Source: Stramenopiles sp. TOSAG23-2
Taxonomy: Eukaryota
Assembly (NCBI GenBank): GCA_900128395.1
Contig: LT649322.1
Span: forward strand, 1-37,899
Direction of reading: 5' to 3'
Length of the DNA: 37,899 nucleotides
The notes beneath the pieces were generated by a model. The model made no database searches. It saw only the letters and a list, made by a program, of their open reading frames with translations, and had not been told where the DNA came from. Each line of letters starts with the position of its first letter. Position 1 is the stretch's first letter. A program made the translations under genes and the position numbers. Positions 29,450 through 37,899 of this stretch are shown here, piece after piece.

Positions 29450-30718
29450 TTATTTTGATAAAAATGCTATTGCATCTGGTTGATCATATTCGGTTGCAAC
29501 ATCTTTTGATGTTTGTCCTTTTTTGTTTTTAATAGAAGCATCTGATCCACCTTCAACTAATAATTTAATCACATTGACGTGTCCAAATTTACATGCATCA
29601 TGCAAAGCAGTATCACCATCAACATCTTGATCATTTATTGAAACTTTTAAATCATTTAATAAATATTTCACAACATGATCGTGGCCCCAAAATGCAGCTT
29701 TCATCAATCCAGTACGTCCACTGTTGACTTCCAATGCTAATGGATCTGCACCAGCTTTTAATGCTGTAATTGCGTGTTCTAAACTACCATGCATGCAATG
29801 TTCACGGAAAGTGGCACTTGGGGTAGGCTCTTTATTGCCTTCATCAGCATCATTCTCCTCTGGTGGAATACATTGCTCCGGGCATCCATTGGATAATAAT
29901 TTTGCATATGCTTTTGCAAAATGATTAAAAAATAATTTTTCATCATTTGCATATTTTTCAACCCATGGTTTAAATTTGTCATCTTGCATCAATGCATAAT
30001 CAGTTGGCAACATCATGTATTTTCCAGATTCATCTGCATATTGCACTGGACCATCCCATTCCCTTGGTTTCCATTTCATGTAAAATAAATTTTTAAAATA
30101 TGAATTATCAAATTTTAATGGATCTTGTGTCCATGGTCCATCGAAACCACTACGTGTTTTATGGCACCTTCCCATGGTATGAGCACCACTTAAAGCAACT
30201 ATTTCTTGGTCATTAAAACCTTGGCGATAAAATACGTCGCGTAAATGTTGTGCACCTTGCGCTGCGTCTGGTAAGCGGCCATCTGGTGGGCAATACGTCC
30301 CATTTGGCTTATCAACACGACCCATACGAACATCGATTTCTGGCCCACCGGAAAATTCCACACTAAACTTTCCACCTAAAGCCCATATATCTGCATGACT
30401 AACTTCAGGATGTTTTGCTTTTACTGCTTTTAATAAATCACGTGAAATATTTAAACCTGCATTTGCATCATGATTTTTCTCTGGTTCAAATCGCATCGTA
30501 GCACCATTTGATCCACCAGTACCATCGCTTTTATCAAATGTACCAGCTGCATGCCATGCCGTGCGTATTGCCATTGGACAAGCATTTGCTTTCCCATTAA
30601 TAATAGCTTGTCGTACATCACTTTTTAACGAGTTGACGTAAAACGTACTTGAAAAATCTACTGGGCATGTACGTTGTTTTTTTGCTGGTGGTTGTTCATT
30701 ATTTGTTACAGAGCTCAT
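29450..30718 (-). CDS. Class I heme peroxidase (ascorbate/cytochrome c peroxidase-like) fused to C-terminal ankyrin repeats
   Basis: Distal motif IRTAWHAAGTFD, GGSNGATMRF, proximal LSGAHTMGRCH, SGFDGPWT, FDNSYF, MMLPTD. Then ~3-4 ankyrin repeats (GRTGLMKAAFWGH, GDTALHDACKFGH, GQTSKDVA). Confidence 0.93.
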   Translation of the reverse strand: MSSVTNNEQPPAKKQRTCPVDFSSTFYVNSLKSDVRQAIINGKANACPMAIRTAWHAAGTFDKSDGTGGSNGATMRFEPEKNHDANAGLNISRDLLKAVKAKHPEVSHADIWALGGKFSVEFSGGPEIDVRMGRVDKPNGTYCPPDGRLPDAAQGAQHLRDVFYRQGFNDQEIVALSGAHTMGRCHKTRSGFDGPWTQDPLKFDNSYFKNLFYMKWKPREWDGPVQYADESGKYMMLPTDYALMQDDKFKPWVEKYANDEKLFFNHFAKAYAKLLSNGCPEQCIPPEENDADEGNKEPTPSATFREHCMHGSLEHAITALKAGADPLALEVNSGRTGLMKAAFWGHDHVVKYLLNDLKVSINDQDVDGDTALHDACKFGHVNVIKLLVEGGSDASIKNKKGQTSKDVATEYDQPDAIAFLSK

Positions 30719-30724
30719 GGTTAC

Positions 30725-30991
30725 CTGTTTTTAAAATTTAAAAAAAAAAAATGTTGTTGTTTTTTGTGTTTTTTATTATATGAATCTTTTAAATAATAAA
30801 TATTTCAATTCTCTCTTCCTTTTTCTCTATTTGGTATATCGATGCATATATATTTATATATGCATGCATATAAAAATCTAGAATTATTAATTTTTTTGCC
30901 TCCTCATCATTCGTTTGGAAACTGGACCCCCCCCTCTATTATATTACTATTATGTATAAAAAATTAGAAAATCTTAATTTTTTACACTCAC
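30725..30991 (-). other. Candidate 5'-UTR intron of the peroxidase gene
   Basis: On the minus strand, a consensus donor caa|GTGAGT at 30991 and an acceptor ...ttttaaaaaCAG|gtaaccATG ending at 30725, six nt before the start codon. No transcript evidence. Confidence 0.35.
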
Positions 30992-31246
30992 TTGACTTGC
31001 AACAGTTTCCTTTTTTCAAAGGAAGTCGTTTACACGTGTGCTCACTTTCTACTTAATATATAATTTCAAATATTTATATTTATAAGTAATTCACTCTTTG
31101 CTTCTTTAACTCTTTCTTTAGTTCACTTTACGCTTTATACAAATAATATTTATTCATGTAATGTATATCTGTTTCCGCGGGATATTCAAAACATAACTAA
31201 TCCCCACATGCTGAATTGTAGTATAGTGAACCTGGCTCATGTTCTA

Positions 31247-31878
31247 CGGACAATAATAAAAATAAAAACAAAAAAAGGAGGAAAGCGTAATAAAAAGGCG
31301 GACAATAATAAAAATAAAAACAAAAAAAGAAGGAAAGCTAAAGCGTAAAAAGGTGGTGTGGTAGTTAAGGCACGAACGAACCTTCAACTTCCAATATGAT
31401 CTTTAAGGTTATTATCATGGATACAGCATATGCAAAATTACGAGAAAAAGAGTCTGACGTCTGACTCTGACGACTGACCACGCAGACTAATTATAAATAT
31501 GATCTTTAAGGTTATTATCATGGATACAAAATTACGAGAAAGAGTCTGACGACGCAGACGACTAATTATAATCAAAGAGAATTAATTCAATTAAGGATGA
31601 TAATGCAAAATGGACAATGAACAAAAGCATGTATATATTTGATAGGTTTGATATAGTATTTAGTATACAGTAAGTACGAACCAGGCCAAATTGTGAATTA
31701 TTATCATGGATATAGCATGCATGTATATATTTGATAGCTTTACTATAGTATTTAGATCAGTACAATTATTATGATGGATATAGCAGCAAAATGGACAATG
31801 AACAAAGGCTTGTAGCTTGTATATATTTGATAGGTATAATATTGTATTTAGTATATAATAAGTACGAACCAGGCCAAA
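31247..31878. repeat. Mosaic of imperfect direct repeats in divergent intergenic region
   Basis: Pair A 31247-31298/31299-31353, pair B 31393-31495/31496-31571, pair C 31605-31690/31786-31878. The motif ttattat(c/g)atggata occurs at 31409, 31512, 31698 and 31766. Confidence 0.85.
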
Positions 31879-32212
31879 AAATTATAATATGTCTTTGTTA
31901 AAAACCGAGGAGCATGATTATTTAAGGAAGATGAATATAGATGAAATTCGACCGTAGAAAGGTGGGAATGGCTCATTAAATTAATATGGTATACAACGTA
32001 AAATTGAATTTTTTTTTTAATTTTGCCAAGTGTTGTTTATCGGTACAGCAATTCCCTTAATAGTCACGACGTCCAACACAAAAATGGTATATATATATTC
32101 GGATAGAACAACAACAACAACAAATGTTGTTTGAGGCAGCATGCATGTACGTAATGATGTAAAAAAAGAATATTATTATTTATATATATAAGACGTGCAG
32201 ATACTCGTGATG

Positions 32213-32243
<31 letters not shown>

Positions 32244-32320
32244 ATGTATAATAAATAACGAAATACATAGTTTATGAAAGATATAAATATATTTTGTTCT
32301 GCGGCAATAAATCAATTATT

Positions 32321-32341
32321 ATGACATCATTTACCACAGAT

Positions 32342-32373
<32 letters not shown>

Positions 32374-33898
32374 AATTTCCCAAATAAATATAGAAGAAGA
32401 TGATGACGATGAAGAAATGCAACTTGATGAAATGGAAGCATTAAATTCTATTTTTGGTCATAATTTTAAAATATTAAAACATACTGTACCTAGAATGATA
32501 GAAATTGATAATATAGAGAATCATATAAAATTAATTGCTTCAATGCCATCTACTTATCCATCAATACAACCACCCAAATGTACGCTATCAATTATTTCAA
32601 ATGATATAATAAATACAAAAAAAACATTAAAACAATTTATATCTTCATTTATGTTTCCACCTTTTACGAAAGGTGGTATGGGTTGTATTTTTGATTACGT
32701 ACAACATGTTGTTGATAATTTTCCTACTTCAGTTTTACATCATGCTGTAGGAAAATGCCCACATGAAGATAAACAATTAATATCAGATAATCGATATCAT
32801 CATCATCATCATCATGATCAGGTGGTTGATGAAAATCAAGATGAAAAAGTTGTTTTATTTATTGAACATATGAATGATTCAATTTCCTATCGGAAAATAT
32901 TAAAACGATGGTCTTCAAACTATACTTTGTTTTTAGAAATATGGTATCGACTTCCAAAAAAAGTAATATCCGCTAATATCAATAATAATAAAAAGAAAAA
33001 GAATAATATATTTATTAAAAATAAAAAAATGAGAGTTGAAGATGTTTATGTATTGCTTGAAGGGGAAAAGTCTAATATTACTAAGTTTCTACAAAAGTTA
33101 AAAATTGAATATATTGATGTAAATAAACAAGGTGTCAAATGTAAAGAACGTAAATCTACAGTATTAATGCGAATACCGGTTAACAGCAACAAAAAATGTA
33201 TGACATCTTCAACAAAAATTGTTGAAATAGAATATGTAAACAAGAATGTAAATAAATTAAATGAACGATTAGCTGATTTTGGATACTCCTTGGATAATAA
33301 TAAAAATACTGATGTAGTTGTGTCTTCGTCATTATCATCAAAAATTGAAACTGTTGATATGAAAAATGATGAAAAAAATACAAAAAATAATACGATGATA
33401 AATCGTGTAATATTAATCAAATTTGATCATATTAAATCAAAGAAGGTTCGTAAAGGTATCAAATCAATTGCATTAAGTCTTAATTTAGGTGGCATCATGC
33501 GTCCAGGAAAACCAGGGTTAGTATGTATAGAAGGTAATAACAATGTAGTCTCGATTTTTGAAAAACAAATTCGTTCACAATTTTCTACTTGTACACGTTA
33601 ACGTAATGGTGGATGTTGGGGTCCAGCAAATCATCATTTCCAATCAATTAGTGTTATAGGAGAAAAAGATGTAGACGATTTTTCACGATGCCATTTTAAT
33701 ACGATTTTTGAAGAATTTGAAACGGAAACTATAATGCATGCAGCTCACTTATTTGCAAATGTAGGATTGAAAGATTTCTTTTTTTCATCATCTGGATTAA
33801 ATATAGAATGGGAAATTCCACAAACAGTTGGAAACCCTGATCCATATTTAAAACCTCGAGGTGGAACACGACGAAAATGTTCAAACAAAAGGATCTAA
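32321..33898 (+). CDS. RWD-domain protein with RWDD3-like and RWDD2/DUF1115-like C-terminal domains; one internal in-frame TAA at 33599-33601
   Basis: ATG at 32321. RWD motifs QLDEMEALNSIF and MPSTYPSIQPP; RWDD3-like IEHMND...LLEG...IDVNKQGVKCKERK; RWDD2-like FDHIKSKK.RK.I...LNLGG..RPGKPGLVCIEG. The same frame stays open for 98 codons after the TAA. Confidence 0.75.
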
Positions 33899-34236
33899 AA
33901 GAGAAAAAAATGTTACACACTACGACGGGTCGTATGATGTAAAAAAATACTTCGTAGTGTCACAGAGGAGATAAAAGCGAGAGAGTGTTTTAACAAAAAT
34001 GCGCATGTGCGTGGCGCGTTAAAAAAATATTTTTACGAACATCGTGTCGTATATTTTTTATATAAAATATTTGTACGATCGTAAATAAAAACCAAGAGGC
34101 TTTTTTTAAAAATAAAACAAGAGAGAAAAATATTTAAAATCTCTCTCTCTGATATCATTACGGAGCTTCGTTTTTATATAAAAAAAAATTTGCGAGACAA
34201 GCTGTTTATAAAAAAAAAAGAGGACGCACATAAGCA

Positions 34237-37200
34237 TCATCCCGTCTCATATAAAAATCTTAATTGATCCTCCACTTGCAATTTTTTTAACCTACGTTTA
34301 TGAGCTTGTCCAGCTGTCACTAATTGAGAACAGTCTCCAACATTTGCTACTGTCTCAATAAAAATCTCCTTCGTACTTCTCATTGCTAATGCATCAGTCT
34401 GCATTACAAAATGTGCACCTGCTTCATATAATTGAATAGCTTCAATATTATTATGAGTACAAGCAATAAAAATAGTGTGACTTTCGTGTTTTTGTAACCA
34501 TTTCATAATTGCTTTTTCAGCGTGTCTTGCCCCTTTCATAGTGCACACTATCATAAATGCTTCATCCATTTCTAATTCCTCCCAACATTCAGGGTCATGA
34601 ATGTCAGCATATTCACAATGAACACCACGTTTTAATGTCTGATCTTCAGCAGTAATTGAATTTTCATCATCATTATTATTATTATTTTCAACCGTTTCCT
34701 CACTGTTTATTGAAGTATTTGATGATGATTTGTTTTTCAAGTTCACCTTTCCCTTTGAAGATCTTTTTTCTGCATGATCTTGCGTACGTTTTTCTTCATT
34801 ATACATTTTTTTCACTGCATTAATTTTCATCGGATCGTACTCAACCACAACAACATCTTTATTAGTTGCATCTGCTAAAGCGAGAACTGCAGGAAACATT
34901 TCATTGTAGCCAATACAAATAATTTCATTACGATGATCGTGTCCAGCCATACGAATTTCAACTGAATTTGATCTTTGCAATCTTGACCTTATTAAAGTAC
35001 CATCTGTTGAAGTAGATGATTTACTACGATCATGAATTGCTTCTCGGATGAGTGCCCGATGATATGCAATTGGATTTAATTTTGTTGTAGCAACAGTCAA
35101 TGCATCTTGCCAATCCGAATAGTCATGTGAGGAATGATCTTCAAGGCCATGAATTGCAAGTTTCATTGTATCTTTTTCAAATGAACTAGTATGACTGTGA
35201 CGATGCATATGACTTAATACAATTGTCCATTCCCATGGATGTACTTCTTCTTCTTCATCAGAATCCGAATCTGAAAAATGTGTGGTTTCAACTTTTTTCA
35301 AATTTAAGTTTTCCAATTGCTGTGATAGATCACTTTGTTCACCACTAAATCGTCGAGATTTTTTAATGAACATTTTGTTTCGTACTAACTTTGATGTGTT
35401 TTTTGAACGGCTATCAATTTCTGTTTCAACACTTAATATTTGCATCCCAGAAATATCCCAAACACTTGTTGGTGGAATGTGCCCAACATCATGTTGATCT
35501 TCCCAAAACAACATACGTCCACTACGTAATGTACAAAATAATAAATGATGATCAACAATTACAAAACCTTCAATCATTCCATGTATAATATCAGATGCAT
35601 GGGAGGTTTCCAATGCATGATGTAGACGTTTCTCATCTGCTGTTGCTGCCATCGTTGATCTTACTTTCTCAAGATTTTTATCAACATTAATAAGATCTTT
35701 TCGTAATTGTTCTATACTGCGAATTTTCAATTGATCTGGAATTGGTAAATCCCAATCAATTTCCTCCGCGTCATGTTTTTTTTCTATTTCTATTTCCTCG
35801 CTGATTGGCACTGCAGCTGCAGGTGTCATCGGATTTTTAACTTTAGTCATTTCCATTTCTTTCGTTTCCATATGACTTTGCTTACGCTTTACTTGATGTT
35901 TGCGATGATGATCTTCCACACATCGTAAGCACCGCCAACGATTTATTTTCTCATAAATATTATCAATAAAAATATGACCTATGCTACTGATAACAATTGA
36001 TACGACAGCAGCAATTGTCATCACGGTAAGTACTATTGGCTGCAATACACCCGCACGGACACACAAAGTGCAAAGAATCAAACTAAATTCTGAAATTTGA
36101 TTCATCAATAAACCTAACATAAATACATTATGTGCTTTCAATTTCGCCAATGTACCTAATAAAATAAACAACGGAAGCGTTGCAAAAATAGTAAATACAG
36201 CCAATGCAAACCCAATAGGAAGCATTTCTACCATCTTTTGGTTGACTTCTAATTTCAAACCAAGGGTAATGAAAAATATAGCAACACCTAGAGATTTAAT
36301 AGGTTCCATTTTTGTTTCAATATGCATTTTGTATGGTAATTGAGCAATTGAAACACCGGCTAAAAATGCAGTAATTTCGCCAGAAAACCCTGTCATCACT
36401 GCAATACTTGCCAAGCCAGTAGCATAACCTAATGAACCTAGATATAACAGTTCAAACGAACGTGCAAATTCTCCAAATAATTTCTTTAAAACATATCGTT
36501 CTAACAAGAAACAGATAATACAGGCAGCGATTAATTTTAAAAATAACATGACAATGCTAAGCAACACACCACCACCCTCTGGTTCTTGAAATACACACAT
36601 GGAGCCAAGTGAATTACACATCAGAATTCCACCATCGCCATCTGTATTTGTTGATAGATCAACAGTGTCACAAACATTTGTACAACTAAATGAAGATGTT
36701 GTATTGCCAATTGTAATGTTTCTCATACTGCATCCATTTCCAAGTGCATTGCATGCATTTGCACTTGTAGCACCATTACAATCTGCCACATTTACTTGAA
36801 CACAAGTTCCAACTCCACTGCCTAAACCACTTAAAACAGCAATACCAAGTACAGATGCTGCATCTTGTAATACCAATGTTCCTAAGCATAGCTGCCCATA
36901 TACGGTGCCCATTGTACCTGAATTTTTTAAATAGCCTAATACTAAAATAGTTGACGAAAAGCACATGCAAAGTCCAAAATATACTGCCGCCTTCATAGTT
37001 ACAGTTGTACCTATAGCGGGTAAAACTAATAATGATGAAATAGCAAAAAAAGTTGTAGTAACTACAATTTGTCCAACACCTATAATGGTAACCGTTTTCC
37101 ATTTTTCTATAAATGCTTCAAGCTCTACCTCTAATCCAGCCATGAAAAGCAAAATTAATATCCCAACTTCAGAAAAATGCCCAAGCGTTGTCGTTTCCAA

Positions 37201-37356
37201 TTTTGTGACACCAACTGAATTAACCATAACACCAACAAGAATAAAAGATATAATAGTTGATTGCTTGGCATAACTTAACAATAATGCAACAATTGCAGTC
37301 AAACCTAATAATAATCCTAATGGTTCGATAAAACTATCTTCTCCACCACCAGCCAT
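34237..37356 (-). CDS. CPA2-family (KefB/KefC/KEA-like) cation/H+ antiporter with Cys-rich loop, PH-like domain and C-terminal RCK/KTN domain
   Basis: 1039 aa. Transporter motifs GILILLFMAGLE, FSSTILV, GTLVLQD, AFLAG, IFFITLG, QISEFSLIL. RCK-like IICIGYN...VVVVEYDP...EYADIHD...LYEAGAHFV. Confidence 0.9.
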   Translation of the reverse strand: MAGGGEDSFIEPLGLLLGLTAIVALLLSYAKQSTIISFILVGVMVNSVGVTKLETTTLGHFSEVGILILLFMAGLEVELEAFIEKWKTVTIIGVGQIVVTTTFFAISSLLVLPAIGTTVTMKAAVYFGLCMCFSSTILVLGYLKNSGTMGTVYGQLCLGTLVLQDAASVLGIAVLSGLGSGVGTCVQVNVADCNGATSANACNALGNGCSMRNITIGNTTSSFSCTNVCDTVDLSTNTDGDGGILMCNSLGSMCVFQEPEGGGVLLSIVMLFLKLIAACIICFLLERYVLKKLFGEFARSFELLYLGSLGYATGLASIAVMTGFSGEITAFLAGVSIAQLPYKMHIETKMEPIKSLGVAIFFITLGLKLEVNQKMVEMLPIGFALAVFTIFATLPLFILLGTLAKLKAHNVFMLGLLMNQISEFSLILCTLCVRAGVLQPIVLTVMTIAAVVSIVISSIGHIFIDNIYEKINRWRCLRCVEDHHRKHQVKRKQSHMETKEMEMTKVKNPMTPAAAVPISEEIEIEKKHDAEEIDWDLPIPDQLKIRSIEQLRKDLINVDKNLEKVRSTMAATADEKRLHHALETSHASDIIHGMIEGFVIVDHHLLFCTLRSGRMLFWEDQHDVGHIPPTSVWDISGMQILSVETEIDSRSKNTSKLVRNKMFIKKSRRFSGEQSDLSQQLENLNLKKVETTHFSDSDSDEEEEVHPWEWTIVLSHMHRHSHTSSFEKDTMKLAIHGLEDHSSHDYSDWQDALTVATTKLNPIAYHRALIREAIHDRSKSSTSTDGTLIRSRLQRSNSVEIRMAGHDHRNEIICIGYNEMFPAVLALADATNKDVVVVEYDPMKINAVKKMYNEEKRTQDHAEKRSSKGKVNLKNKSSSNTSINSEETVENNNNNDDENSITAEDQTLKRGVHCEYADIHDPECWEELEMDEAFMIVCTMKGARHAEKAIMKWLQKHESHTIFIACTHNNIEAIQLYEAGAHFVMQTDALAMRSTKEIFIETVANVGDCSQLVTAGQAHKRRLKKLQVEDQLRFLYETG

Positions 37357-37899
37357 TGTAGCTATTTAAATCAAATAAATTTGTTATATATATTATTTTA
37401 CATAAATATATACGTGATTATCGTAGATCGTAATTGTATATATATATTATATTTAATATATGTGTGCTTATCTATTCTTCTATATTGTGTTACTGTTGTG
37501 TATGACATAGAGAGTTATAGAAGAAGATATAAAAAATAATAATAATTGAATAATTGGTGTTATTTTGGCCAATTGTACTTGGCTTTTGTATAAAAAATGA
37601 TAGGGAAAAAAATTACATCAATTCTAGTGACAGTGTAATGCCCACTCCATTATATATATAATCTAAGTGCCTAAATATTCTAAATACATATTATGATGAT
37701 AAATATATTCTTTGATATATTACGAGAAATATATATATATAAAAATAATTAGACAAACGGATTGATATTTTATTCACAAAAAAATTGTTACAAATAGATA
37801 ACAAGAATTATTTATTCAAACCTACATATCAAGAAAAAAATTTCCATCTCCTTTTTTTATAAAAGCTGTTATTCGTATGCTAGCCAGCTGGCCCAGCAC

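Noticed and set aside
31350-31395. tRNA-like fragment (ggtggtgtggtagttaaggcac...)
   Set aside because: A-box-like start only; no anticodon arm, T-loop (TTCRA) stem or acceptor pairing can be built.
31247-31878. CRISPR array
   Set aside because: Repeats are heterogeneous pairs without constant repeat length or unique regular spacers; eukaryotic context with no cas genes.
33599-33601. Alternative genetic code (TAA = sense) explaining the internal stop
   Set aside because: TAA ends other genes exactly at their conserved C-termini (e.g. YRGS-TAA in HIU hydrolase), and multi-kb ORFs contain no in-frame TAA.
33930-33980. SECIS element / selenoprotein
   Set aside because: The internal stop is TAA, not TGA, and the ATGA near 33934 lacks the proper stem and GA-quartet geometry.
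1-37899. Transposases, integrases, viral genes, rRNA or tRNA genes
   Set aside because: No recognisable motifs or structures seen in any ORF or spacer; a covariance-model scan would be needed to exclude small RNAs.

Overview
AT-rich, gene-dense eukaryotic nuclear DNA with about 13 essentially intronless genes, abundant (TA)n/(AG)n/(AAT)n microsatellites and poly-Asn tracts. BBS7 and a CEP350-like gene indicate a flagellated protist; a stramenopile-like heterotroph is my inference only. Genes in order: ORC6; a fused CmoA-CmoB tRNA-modification enzyme with an N-terminal membrane anchor; an XRCC1-N/IFT25-like beta-sandwich protein; BBS7; a kinesin-like protein with degenerate ATPase motifs; CEP350-like; a secreted Cys-rich protein; an unknown membrane protein; a multi-TM/LRR/LNR protein split by an exact 89-bp tandem duplication; 5-hydroxyisourate hydrolase; a class I heme peroxidase-ankyrin fusion with an NLS-like N-terminus; an RWD + RWDD3-like + RWDD2-like protein interrupted by one in-frame TAA and followed by a hairpin-rich 3' region; and a CPA2 (Kef-like) antiporter with a Cys-rich loop, a PH-like insert and an RCK domain. 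The best candidate for an undescribed system is the single-polypeptide carboxy-SAM synthase + tRNA U34 carboxymethyltransferase (cmo5U pathway, characterised in bacteria) sitting in a eukaryotic chromosome. All family calls come from motif recognition by eye; no database searches were run.
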